Assembly (NCBI GenBank): GCA_024277855.1 | Contig: JAJRUJ010000021.1 | Span: forward strand, 1 to 38,586 | From: Candidatus Zixiibacteriota bacterium | GTDB lineage: Bacteria > Zixibacteria > MSB-5A5 > WJJR01 > JAJRUJ01 | DNA length: 38,586 nt | Reading direction: 5' to 3' | Shown: positions 1 through 8,148 of the stretch, piece by piece | Layout of the letters: the number at the start of each line of letters is the position of its first letter | Numbering within the stretch: the first letter of the stretch is position 1 | Position numbers and translations under genes: made by a program | Notes under the pieces: model-generated | What the model was told of the DNA's origin: nothing | Seen by the model: only the letters and a program-made list of their open reading frames with translations | The model's database searches: none

Positions 1-1445
1 AAAGTGGCCGGTCCACCGAGATAAAACATCTTCGGCGGCGGCACTTCATTATCCGCCACACCGGCAAATACCCGCAGGAGGAGATGATGGCGTTCGGCAA
101 AATCATACCAGATTGCCCCACGGCCAAACAAGCGCGTAAAATCCCATTCGCCCTGCAACACACCGCCACCCACTTCACCGAACCCCTCAAATTGACAGCC
201 AATCCCCGACGCATAACGATCGCGATCAGGCGATTTGATTTGGTAATCCAGACGCAATAAAGACATTCTCCGTTCAAAAACATCGCGATCAATTGCCTGG
301 GCATACTCACCAGTGAAGTAGCCGTAATTCTGCCGGAAGTTGCGGCCCGTCCAGAACAAACTCCATAACTCAGGCGAGGTCCGTCGCTCCTGGTACAGGT
401 AGTTTTCATACGTCAGAGTTACCATGTGGCGTTCACGCGCCTCACCGGAAACCCAAAATCGACTGCCCTCCCGGCCAAAATAGTCGCGATAATCTTCGTT
501 AGCCAGCAGGGCGACCAGGGTATTTTCGATATTGTGAACAAACAGACGGTCTTCAGTATCGGTCACCCGCGCATATTCTCCACCAATCTGGAAGTCGCGC
601 GTCGAAGCGATCCGTTGTTCGAAATACAACCGATATTGCCATTTTTTCGATTCAAAAGCGTAACCGGTCCAAACACCCACTTTCGGGGCCAGCCAACTAT
701 CCTGGAAAAAGAACCCGATACCCGGCCGCGCGCCGTCGACTTTGTCATAACTAAACGACGGCACGACACCGTAGCGGTCGCCCTCATATTCCCACTCGCG
801 CGAAACGGCAATATCATGGTATTTGAAATCCTGATCCGAATAGACGCCGCCGTAGACTTTGGCCGGCGCCTGCTGGTCGACCAAACCGCCGATCGCCAGA
901 ACGCTGCCCCGCACGATTGCGCCGGGCAATAAATGCACCGGCGCACCAAAGGCAATCAGGTCGCCGTTAACTTCGCCGGCAACCGTGACAGTCCCGTTCC
1001 ATTGCAAAACCGAGCCGAAAACAAAATCGGTCTTGTCGACGACCGCCTTACCGGTCATCCCGCAGTGATCATCATTGACCGTCACGCCCTCGGCAAGGGT
1101 CTCGAGGGTAACCGACCAACCACGGGCGGCCTGCCTGATTTTGGCCTGTACAACCACCGCCGACCAGGAAATTTGGCGATCGCCGATGGTGATCTCCTCA
1201 GGGGTCATCGCCACGCCTGCCTCGGCCAGCAACCCGGTAAGTAAGGTAAATCCGCCGCCCAACCCGGCCACCCGCCGGTGGATATTGTCGCCTTGGAAGG
1301 TAGTGACCGCCAGTGAGTCTTTGGTCTGTTCAATAGTCAGAATCGCACCATAGGCGGTTGTCGCGACAAAGGAAATTGCCGTGACCATCACGGCTAACCG
1401 TACAATTCGGGATTTGATTGGATTAGCTTCTCCGGATATCTTCAT
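1..1445 (-). CDS. Partial CDS (N-terminal 481 codons; continues beyond window start). Secreted/outer-membrane protein with signal peptide, a Gly/Val-rich beta-helix-like segment and a C-terminal beta-barrel ending in an ...RVFAGVADNEVPPPKMFYLGGPATL motif that resembles the Omp85/surface-antigen (BamA/TamA-type) C-terminal motif
   Basis: Manual reverse-complement translation from ATG at 1445..1443 runs in frame to position 3 with no stop (MKISGEANPIKSRIVRLAVMVTAISFVATTAYG...). Not in the supplied ORF table because it is edge-truncated. The start sits 2 nt after the upstream NUDIX stop (TAA-CG-ATG), suggesting translational coupling. Alternating aromatic/hydrophobic beta-strand pattern in the C-terminal half. 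Confidence 0.55.
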   Translation of the reverse strand, partial: MKISGEANPIKSRIVRLAVMVTAISFVATTAYGAILTIEQTKDSLAVTTFQGDNIHRRVAGLGGGFTLLTGLLAEAGVAMTPEEITIGDRQISWSAVVVQAKIRQAARGWSVTLETLAEGVTVNDDHCGMTGKAVVDKTDFVFGSVLQWNGTVTVAGEVNGDLIAFGAPVHLLPGAIVRGSVLAIGGLVDQQAPAKVYGGVYSDQDFKYHDIAVSREWEYEGDRYGVVPSFSYDKVDGARPGIGFFFQDSWLAPKVGVWTGYAFESKKWQYRLYFEQRIASTRDFQIGGEYARVTDTEDRLFVHNIENTLVALLANEDYRDYFGREGSRFWVSGEARERHMVTLTYENYLYQERRTSPELWSLFWTGRNFRQNYGYFTGEYAQAIDRDVFERRMSLLRLDYQIKSPDRDRYASGIGCQFEGFGEVGGGVLQGEWDFTRLFGRGAIWYDFAERHHLLLRVFAGVADNEVPPPKMFYLGGPAT

Positions 1446-1447
1446 CG

Positions 1448-2011
1448 TTATGCTTCTTTCGCTCCCGCCAGACCAACCTGCTTGCCGTCGAGAAAGTCGC
1501 GCAGGGTCTGTTGGTGTGAGGCCCAGGCCAGCGGCGGGAATTCACTCGGCGCAAAATACCCCAATTCCGAAGCATCATCGCCCGGCCGCTCCTCCCCACC
1601 GATAATCTGCACATGATAGACGATTAACACCACCCGGCTGCGCGGATCGTCTCCGGCAGGATAGACGCCGACAAAATCAGTAATTTCTCCGCTCAGTCCC
1701 GTCTCCTCAGCCAGTTCACGCAGAGTGCACTCGGCCGGTGATTCACCATATTCCATGAACCCCGCCGGTAAACTCCACAAACCTGCTTTCGGTTCGAATT
1801 TACGACGGACAAATAAAATGCAACCGTCTTTTTGCACGATCGCGCCCGCGGCAGGTACTGGATTGTTGTAGTGGATAAAGCCGCAGGACGGACAACCCAG
1901 ACGGCGGGTGTCCCCCTCATCGACGACGATCAACCGCGTTGCACAATGCGGGCAGAACGTATAGCCGCCCAAATTGCGCCGTTCACTGTCTGAAATCTTC
2001 GCCTGCATCAT
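1448..2011 (-). CDS. NUDIX hydrolase with N-terminal C4 zinc ribbon (NudC-like NADH pyrophosphatase / NAD-cap decapping type, short form)
   Basis: Nudix box GX5EX7REUXEEXGU present (GFMEYGESPAECTLRELAEETGL). CPHC...CPSC zinc ribbon immediately upstream, as in the zf-NADH-PPase domain. Table ORF starts at TTG 2020; ATG codons at 2011/2008 directly follow GGTGAGG. Confidence 0.8.
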   Translation of the reverse strand: MMQAKISDSERRNLGGYTFCPHCATRLIVVDEGDTRRLGCPSCGFIHYNNPVPAAGAIVQKDGCILFVRRKFEPKAGLWSLPAGFMEYGESPAECTLRELAEETGLSGEITDFVGVYPAGDDPRSRVVLIVYHVQIIGGEERPGDDASELGYFAPSEFPPLAWASHQQTLRDFLDGKQVGLAGAKEA

Positions 2012-2128
2012 CCTCACCAACCGACGGTATCGTAGTCCCGCCGGTCACCATTATGATATCGTCTTCCATCGATTATACAAACATCAAACGGGAGAGGCAG
2101 CAAAAAGATGACGACGTCCGGGTCGGAG

Positions 2129-4408
2129 TCATTCATCGCTGTGCGGAACCACGTCCGTGCTCAGCCCGCCGTCTTCGAGTTTGAGAATGATAATTGTCAG
2201 GTCATCGAATCCCAATTCGCCGAGGGCGAACCGGCTGGCATCACGGATCAGCTTATTTTTAATCGCCTCGACCGGCAGGTGACGATTGTCGATCAAAAAC
2301 CGCTGTAACCGTTCCTCGCCAAATTCCTCACCAGCCGGATTATGTAACTCGGAGAGGCCGTCAGTATAGATCAAGACGACGTCTCCGGGATCCAACTCCA
2401 TCTGGGCTTGTTCGTACGTGGCGTCGGCGAGCACCCCCAACACCAACCCTCCCGCTTTCAAATCGTGGCAGGTGCCCCCTCTGCGCACGACGATAGGATA
2501 ATTATGGCCGGCATTCACATAGGTCAGCCGTCGCCGGCCGGGGTCCCAATCGGCATAGAATAACGTGGCAAATTTCTCCGGGGACGTAGTCTCGGTGACA
2601 ATCTGGTTGACGGTGGAAATAATTGCCGGCAACGGTTTGTCCATCCGGACTTCCGCCCGCAGAATCGCCTGTAACTGCGAGACCAACAAAGCCGCGGGAA
2701 CACCTTTGCCGGAAACATCGGCCACCACCATTCCAATTTTCCCGTCCGGCCGCTCGAAATAATCATAATAATCGCCCCCCACTTGCCGCGAGGGATGCGC
2801 AAAGGAAGAAAGGGCATACCCCGGCCCGGCCGGGTTGGACTGCGGCAGAAGCTGGATTTGAATTTGCCGCGCGACGTTGAGTTCCTCCTCGAGTTTTTGT
2901 TTTTCGAGCGCCTCGGCATACAACCGCGAATTGGTCAGGCCGGCGGCCAACTGGTTGGTCAACACAGAGAACAAGTTGATATCTTCATAGCTGTAACGGA
3001 ACCCGGATACCTTTTCACTCAAAAACAGGATTCCCGCCAGGTCATCCCGCTCGCGGATCGGCACAACCAGGCGGCAGCCCCATTCTTTCAATCGCGGATA
3101 CAATTGGCTGTCAGCGCCACATTCGCTGAGGTCGTCGATAAAAACCGGCCGCTCACATTGCGCCAGACACTCAACCACCGGATCGTCGGCGGCAATTTCC
3201 TCCGCCGGCGCGATCATGCTCTCGGCGAGACCTTTTCGTTCGACAGCATATCCGCCGTTGTCTCCCCGAAAAGCGAAAAACGCCCGCTCGATGTAAACCG
3301 GCCCGGTGATCACTTCCATCATCCGCCGTTTGAGCACATCGGGCTGGAAGACCGAGGCGATATCGGCGGAATAACGCTCGATAATCGTCCGGTAATCGGC
3401 TTTATCACGCAGGAAAAAACGCGTGACCAGATCGTCAATTTGCTCCTTAACCGGTTGAAAAAAAATCAGCAGCAGGCCAATAAGGGAGACATCGATCAAC
3501 GGCGTTTCGAGATCAAGCGCGTCTTTGATCAAACCAGACACCTGCATGATCACCAGCAAATAGGCCGCTACCAACAACGCCGAGGAGATCGAAAACACAA
3601 GCGACTGGCGGACAATCAACCGCACATCCAAAAATTGATGACGGATAATCGACCAGGCAATTGTCCCCACGCCGAGAACCAGGGCCAGCACCACCAAAAT
3701 ATAACGGACTATCTCCGGCGGCTGCCAAACCCCGAGAGACGGCAATAAAAACGCCATCGCATACATTCCCATCGCCCCGGGAATTCCCCAGAGCAGGAGT
3801 TTCAACTGCCGGCGTTGACGGGGGTTGGTCAGTTTTCGATACCCGGTCAATAACAACCAGAAGGCGATCATAATATAGACTAAGTTGATCACCGAGAAAA
3901 ACTTGGTGTGAAACTCCAGCAGCACCGAGAAAAACAGCGACGCCAGTCGCAGGATATACCCCAACGGCGACAGGATGACTTTGAGGACGCCAGTCAATTT
4001 GTCCGGATCGAGAAAGTCAAGTTCCGGGCGGGCCAGGAATGAAACCCAGACAATATGGAAAACATGGGGAACAAATATCAGGTATTTCAGACGTCGCCAG
4101 CGGACAAACCACGGGTGAACAACCGGAAACACCAGAGCGAAAAAGACTAACTGGGGAAAGAGCATTTCCCAGAGATAAAATACATTGTAATACAGCGGCG
4201 AACTGGAGAGGTACCCGGAAGTCGGTTCCGGCCCAAGCGCCATCCCGATCGCGCCAAAGACCGGGCCAAGCCCGGCAAAAAACAGCATCAACGCCGTAAT
4301 GTGATTGACTCGTCCACGGGGATTCTCGCGGAAGATGACAGTCCCGAGGAGAAACAGAACCGCCCCGAAAATTACGTAGATGACCGCTGTAATTAGTGAA
4401 ACGCTCAC
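2129..4408 (-). CDS. Membrane sensor Ser/Thr phosphatase: N-terminal polytopic TM domain (about 8 TM) + GAF + PP2C/SpoIIE (RsbU-like) phosphatase
   Basis: PP2C/SpoIIE signature GDYYDYFERPDGKIGMVVADVSGKGVPAALLVSQL. Hydrophobic N-terminal 300 aa. GTG start at 4408 preceded by GGGGGAG 6 nt upstream. Confidence 0.85.
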   Translation of the reverse strand: MSVSLITAVIYVIFGAVLFLLGTVIFRENPRGRVNHITALMLFFAGLGPVFGAIGMALGPEPTSGYLSSSPLYYNVFYLWEMLFPQLVFFALVFPVVHPWFVRWRRLKYLIFVPHVFHIVWVSFLARPELDFLDPDKLTGVLKVILSPLGYILRLASLFFSVLLEFHTKFFSVINLVYIMIAFWLLLTGYRKLTNPRQRRQLKLLLWGIPGAMGMYAMAFLLPSLGVWQPPEIVRYILVVLALVLGVGTIAWSIIRHQFLDVRLIVRQSLVFSISSALLVAAYLLVIMQVSGLIKDALDLETPLIDVSLIGLLLIFFQPVKEQIDDLVTRFFLRDKADYRTIIERYSADIASVFQPDVLKRRMMEVITGPVYIERAFFAFRGDNGGYAVERKGLAESMIAPAEEIAADDPVVECLAQCERPVFIDDLSECGADSQLYPRLKEWGCRLVVPIRERDDLAGILFLSEKVSGFRYSYEDINLFSVLTNQLAAGLTNSRLYAEALEKQKLEEELNVARQIQIQLLPQSNPAGPGYALSSFAHPSRQVGGDYYDYFERPDGKIGMVVADVSGKGVPAALLVSQLQAILRAEVRMDKPLPAIISTVNQIVTETTSPEKFATLFYADWDPGRRRLTYVNAGHNYPIVVRRGGTCHDLKAGGLVLGVLADATYEQAQMELDPGDVVLIYTDGLSELHNPAGEEFGEERLQRFLIDNRHLPVEAIKNKLIRDASRFALGELGFDDLTIIILKLEDGGLSTDVVPHSDE

Positions 4409-4454
4409 CGCTTACTCCCCCGGGACCGGCAGGGACCGCACTAAAGGGACCGCA

Positions 4455-4895
4455 CTAAGAGGTGGCAGGGGGTAGTTTTTTGACGGCGCGTACCGTCGTC
4501 CCCTTGCCGGGGACGCCATTGATACTCACCGTATCCATCAGGTGCCGCACAATGAAAATTCCACGTCCGACTTCCCGCAACAGATTCTCCTCGGCCAGCG
4601 GGTCGGCCACCGCCCCCGGATCGAATCCCCCACCCTCATCGGTGACTTCAATTGCCACTTCTTCGGCGCTGATGGTCACATTCATCTTGACCATCTTCTC
4701 CGGATCGCCGGCGTTACCATGATCGATTGCGTTGTTTACAATTTCAGTTACTGCAATAGCGATATCGGAGATGATTTCGTCGGCAATGCCTGCCTTTTGC
4801 AGGTTCGCTTCGAGAAATTCGTCGACCTGTGTTATGCGGTCCGGGATGCTGGGAACCGTAAGCCGGTATGTCTTCGGAGAGTTTGCAGTGCTCAT
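4455..4895 (-). CDS. Anti-sigma factor / partner-switching serine kinase (RsbW/SpoIIAB-like GHKL ATPase)
   Basis: HATPase_c-type motifs (EIVNNAIDHG..., DEGGGFDP, GRGIFIV). Size 146 aa. Sits between the STAS and PP2C genes. Confidence 0.8.
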   Translation of the reverse strand: MSTANSPKTYRLTVPSIPDRITQVDEFLEANLQKAGIADEIISDIAIAVTEIVNNAIDHGNAGDPEKMVKMNVTISAEEVAIEVTDEGGGFDPGAVADPLAEENLLREVGRGIFIVRHLMDTVSINGVPGKGTTVRAVKKLPPATS

Positions 4896-4956
4896 AGGCC
4901 GAAAGTCTCCGGCGGCGAGTCATCCGCCCCGCCACCCGACTAACTCGAGTCAAAGT

Positions 4957-5292
4957 CTAGAAGCTCTTAATCGCCTCGTCAATCGAGTCGTGTGCATCGA
5001 AGACCGTCACAAGTTTGGTAATTGTCAGAAGCGACTGGATCTTCTCAGTCACGTTCGCCAGTTTCAGTTCTCCTTTATTGTTGCGCAGAGTAGTAAGACC
5101 TGAAATCAGGATACCCAGCCCGGTCGAGTTCATCCAGTCCACTCCGGATAAATCGATGATTACTTTAAGCTTGCCTTCTTTGATAAACTCGTGCAATTGA
5201 TCGTGCAACAGCGTGGCATCCGGGCCGCCCATAATTTTACCTCGGGGTTCCAGGATTGCCACGCCTGCTTCCTCACGGTGAGACAATTTCAT
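4957..5292 (-). CDS. STAS-domain anti-sigma-factor antagonist (RsbV/SpoIIAA-like)
   Basis: STAS fold sequence (VAILEPRGKI...IIDLSGVDWMNSTGLGILIS). Internal ATG at 5292 is preceded by a strong SD GGGAGGAATA, so I prefer it over the table start at 5346. Confidence 0.8.
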   Translation of the reverse strand: MKLSHREEAGVAILEPRGKIMGGPDATLLHDQLHEFIKEGKLKVIIDLSGVDWMNSTGLGILISGLTTLRNNKGELKLANVTEKIQSLLTITKLVTVFDAHDSIDEAIKSF

Positions 5293-5791
5293 GCTATTCC
5301 TCCCAACAATCCCCGAAACGCCCTGGCGATGCACGATGCGGGGCATTAGCCGTTAACCTTCGGAGGCCCAATATACCTTCACTCCGCAAGGCGGACAACC
5401 ACAAAGTTGGCTTGGCACAGTCGGTTGTCCGTCGGGCGTTCTCGAGAGGGCAACGGCCAATATGTTATTCATACGTGAATTGATCGTATAATGTTCATTC
5501 ATTGTCGGTTACTGATCAATGGCACAAATTACCGTCAAACTTTCTCGAAACGGTTGATTCACTTCGCTGAGCAAACAGATTTGAACGAGAAATTCGTCTC
5601 GAAAAACTTTGTCTCGTCCGGCACTAATTCGCCGCTCTTTCCGGCCCTGATTATTCTTTTTGCCGAATAATGGCAATAATTGACAGGGGAAAATCCTCCT
5701 CTGCGCCAGACAATCATTTGACGTACAATATCATACGGTTTTGGGTAATCGGGGTATCCAGACCATAGTTTGCCAAAGAGGGCCTTTGCGC

Positions 5792-5820
5792 TTGACTGAC
5801 AATCTGCCGGGGCGTATTTT
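5792..5820 (+). promoter_or_regulatory. Sigma70-like promoter of rex: TTGACT (5792-5797), 17-nt spacer, TATTTT (5815-5820)
   Basis: Hexamers read directly from the sequence with canonical 17-bp spacing, 30 nt upstream of the rex ATG. Confidence 0.5.
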
Positions 5821-5822
5821 AG

Positions 5823-5840
5823 TTGTGAATGAATTCACAG
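5823..5840 (+). promoter_or_regulatory. Rex operator (Rex box) TTGTGAATGAATTCACAG, overlapping the predicted transcription start of rex (autoregulation)
   Basis: 18-bp inverted repeat matching the Rex consensus TTGTGAA-N4-TTCACAA at 17/18 positions. It lies 2 nt downstream of the -10 hexamer and 10 nt upstream of the rex start codon. Confidence 0.7.
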
Positions 5841-5849
5841 GAAAAACGT

Positions 5850-6533
5850 ATGACATCTGAATCCAGCAAAAAGCATCCGACCCCAACTCGGCGCATTTCC
5901 GAATCTACTATCCACCGACTTTCGGTTTATTACCGGCAGTTGGCGATCCTCGAAAGTGAAGGATATCACACTGTCTCGTCAAAGGAGTTGGCCAAACGAG
6001 AGAAACTGACTCCCGCCCAGGTTCGGAAAGACCTGTCCTTTTTTGGTAGTTTCGGCACGCGTGGACTGGGATATCCAACGACCGAACTCAAACAAAAAAT
6101 CGCCAACATCCTCGGCATCGATAAGCTATGGCATGTCGCGCTCGTCGGCGCCGGGAATATCGGTTCGGCTCTCGCCTCATACAAAGAGTTCGCCAAACAG
6201 GGTTTTGAACTCAATTCGATCTTCGACAATGACCAGCGCAAGATCGGTTCGAACCACAAAGGGATTACCATCTCCGACATCGGGACGCTGCCCGAGGCGC
6301 TGAAAAAACATCACATCGAGATCGTGGTGATTGCGGTACCGGCTTCCAATGCGCAAAAAATCGCGGATATCTGTGTGGCAACCGGGATTAAAGCGATCCT
6401 CAATTTCGCGCCGATCAACCTGAAAGTCCCGTCCGATGTCGTTTTACGCACGGTCAATATGTCGATGGAAATGGAGTATCTTTCCTTTTATCTGTGTAAT
6501 CGGCACAATATCGATGTCCCGGGCAAAGGGTAA
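5850..6533 (+). CDS. rex: Redox-sensing transcriptional repressor Rex (winged-helix + Rossmann NADH-binding domain)
   Basis: Rex family sequence (HRLSVYYRQLAILESEGYHTVSSKELAK..., GAGNIGSALASY Rossmann motif). The table ATG at 5829 lies inside the Rex box. ATG 5850 has SD AGGAAAAA and gives MTSESSKK... Confidence 0.85.
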   Translation: MTSESSKKHPTPTRRISESTIHRLSVYYRQLAILESEGYHTVSSKELAKREKLTPAQVRKDLSFFGSFGTRGLGYPTTELKQKIANILGIDKLWHVALVGAGNIGSALASYKEFAKQGFELNSIFDNDQRKIGSNHKGITISDIGTLPEALKKHHIEIVVIAVPASNAQKIADICVATGIKAILNFAPINLKVPSDVVLRTVNMSMEMEYLSFYLCNRHNIDVPGKG

Positions 6534-6637
6534 TCCGGCAATTTCAGTAACGAAAGTTCCTTGACAAGCCGTTTTGTCCGTAGTAAATCGTGGGTAATGT
6601 GGGGATATACCCTGAGACGTTGGAGTTTGGTCTGAAA

Positions 6638-7060
6638 ATGAAAAGTCCCGCTGCTCGCATAGCTTTACTCGGCCTGCTGGCCGCGACGGTCTTTGCTTCG
6701 GTTTCATTCGGCTGGCCGACGCTCAATGAGTGCCGCCCGTCCGGTACGCTCACCTATCTTGGCGCACCCGCTCCGGTCGGGACCCGGTTACAAGCCAGGA
6801 TTGACGGTATCGTCATTGCGGAAACCACAGTGGTCGTCACCGGGCGATATGCTTTCGATATCCCGCCGGATAATGACCAGACGGTTGTTCGCGACGGTTG
6901 GAGCCCCGAAGACATCATCACGATCCGGGCCGGCAATTACGATGCCCAGCCGATCTTTACGGCTTTCAGCGGTTCAAAAGAGATCAACCTGACCGCTACG
7001 TCGATCACCCTGGATGTCCGCAAGAGCACCTGGGGCAAGATCAAAGCTCTCTTCCGCTAA
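6638..7060 (+). CDS. Hypothetical small secreted protein (signal peptide MKSPAARIALLGLLAATVFASVSFG)
   Basis: ORF with N-terminal signal peptide after an in-frame ATG at 6638. Followed by a terminator-like hairpin. No recognisable domain. Confidence 0.55.
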   Translation: MKSPAARIALLGLLAATVFASVSFGWPTLNECRPSGTLTYLGAPAPVGTRLQARIDGIVIAETTVVVTGRYAFDIPPDNDQTVVRDGWSPEDIITIRAGNYDAQPIFTAFSGSKEINLTATSITLDVRKSTWGKIKALFR

Positions 7061-7093
7061 GTTCGCGAGTTTTACCCGCAGATAATTTTGGGC

Positions 7094-7117
7094 AGCGCGT
7101 TCCGGCGCGTTTTTTTG
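7094..7117 (+). terminator. Rho-independent terminator candidate (GC stem AGCGCG/CGCGCT-like with ttccgg loop followed by TTTTTTT)
   Basis: Short GC hairpin at 7094-7111 followed by a 7-T run, 35 nt after the stop of the 6638..7060 CDS. Confidence 0.45.
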
Positions 7118-7547
7118 TGGCCAATAAACATCCCCACTAATTTTCTTGAATATGGTCGGTGTGGCCCGTGTAGTGGGTTTATCGGCGCATTTCATGTTAT
7201 TGCGTGAAGACACACGCCGACCACGGGCGTTCCTTGCTTGCCATCGCCGTTTCATAAATTCGTTACCCCCGCCCTCCACAGGCGCACAGGCGCAGGCGGG
7301 GGTCCAATTTCTGGTATTGAGAATCGAGTAAAAACAAACGGAATTCCCGCTCAAATCCGCCACAGGTGGACGCCAAGAATGACACAATTTTGATTTCTGC
7401 ATAATCCTAAAGAAAAGCTATGTGTGTCCGTTAGGGGCATGCACCAACTGGACAGCAGGAAACAACAACACGTCATTCCCGACACGGGCCGCCTTGGCGG
7501 CCGGTGAGCGGGAATCCAATTTGCTTTTCAAAATATGAGGGGATCCA

Positions 7548-7577
7548 CCCCAAACAAGTTTGGGACGGCCACACGAC
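7548..7577. repeat. Repeat P copy 1: CCCCAAACAAGTTTGGGACGGCCACACGAC, containing the perfect 16-bp palindrome CCCAAAC-AA-GTTTGGG
   Basis: Identical 30-mer found again at 33199-33228. A degenerate copy lies at 24037-24063. Confidence 0.8.
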
Positions 7578-7591
7578 AAGCTTATTATGGA

Positions 7592-8074
7592 CTACTTTGT
7601 AAACAGCTTGAAGATGCCGATGCCGCTGAACGTGGCGATGCTGACAATCACCCCGGCGATGACCACGCCCAGGGCCAGATAACAAAAGGCCTTTTTCTTC
7701 TCCAACTCCAGGACCCAGGCGGCCAGCGTGCCGGTGTAGGCGCCGGTGACCGGCAAAGGGATCGCCACAAATAACATCACACCCCAGTACCCCCAGCGCT
7801 GGACATTTTTTTCGGCTTTACGTTTGGTGCGCAGAACAAACTTATCGAAAATCCAGCGGTATGGTTTGAGCCGATAGAGCACCTTATGGCCGGTTTCCAA
7901 AAACAGCCAGCCGATCGGGATCACGAGTATGTTGGCCAGTACGCAGAGGAAATAGGCGGTCAGCGGGTGGATTCCCATGGCGACGGCATAGGGGATGCCC
8001 CCACGCAGCTCGGCAATCGGCAAAACTGATAAGATAGCCGCGTGCACCAGCGGGTTTGTCCAGATTCCGGTCAT
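7592..8074 (-). CDS. Small polytopic membrane protein, probable small multidrug export protein family (COG2426-like)
   Basis: About 160 aa with 4 predicted TM helices and the LPIAELRGGIP motif. SD AGGGGAA upstream of the ATG pair 8080/8074. Confidence 0.5.
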   Translation of the reverse strand: MTGIWTNPLVHAAILSVLPIAELRGGIPYAVAMGIHPLTAYFLCVLANILVIPIGWLFLETGHKVLYRLKPYRWIFDKFVLRTKRKAEKNVQRWGYWGVMLFVAIPLPVTGAYTGTLAAWVLELEKKKAFCYLALGVVIAGVIVSIATFSGIGIFKLFTK

Positions 8075-8148
8075 TATCATTTCCCCTGCCCTGACCTGCC
8101 CGGTCCATAAACAAATCCCCCCGGCGAAAAGTCGAGGGGAAAATTCAA

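Noticed and set aside
426-1353. Plus-strand ORFs 426..932, 859..1068, 933..1244, 1075..1353 and minus ORF 563..955
   Set aside because: All lie inside the long uninterrupted minus-strand frame 1..1445 that I translated by hand. That frame has a signal peptide and coherent beta-barrel sequence. The others are alternative-frame shadows typical of high-GC DNA
2783-3748. 321-aa plus-strand ORF antisense to the phosphatase gene
   Set aside because: It lies opposite a gene with unmistakable PP2C/GAF motifs. Its product is Arg/Pro/Gly-rich low-complexity sequence with no start context
5829-5849. ATG at 5829 as the rex start codon (as in the ORF table)
   Set aside because: This ATG is embedded in the Rex operator palindrome and has no SD. 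The ATG at 5850 has an AGGAAAAA SD and yields a normal Rex N-terminus
6564-6600. Possible sigma70 promoter TTGACA...TAGTAAAT upstream of the 6638 gene
   Set aside because: The -35 TTGACA is perfect but no well-spaced -10 with the invariant T at position 6 could be aligned. Left as unresolved rather than called
6974-7402. 142-aa minus-strand ORF and 61-aa plus ORF (7146..7331) in the 7061-7591 gap
   Set aside because: It overlaps the 3' end of the 6638..7060 gene and is low-complexity and Arg-rich. The region is better explained as structured non-coding DNA carrying repeats
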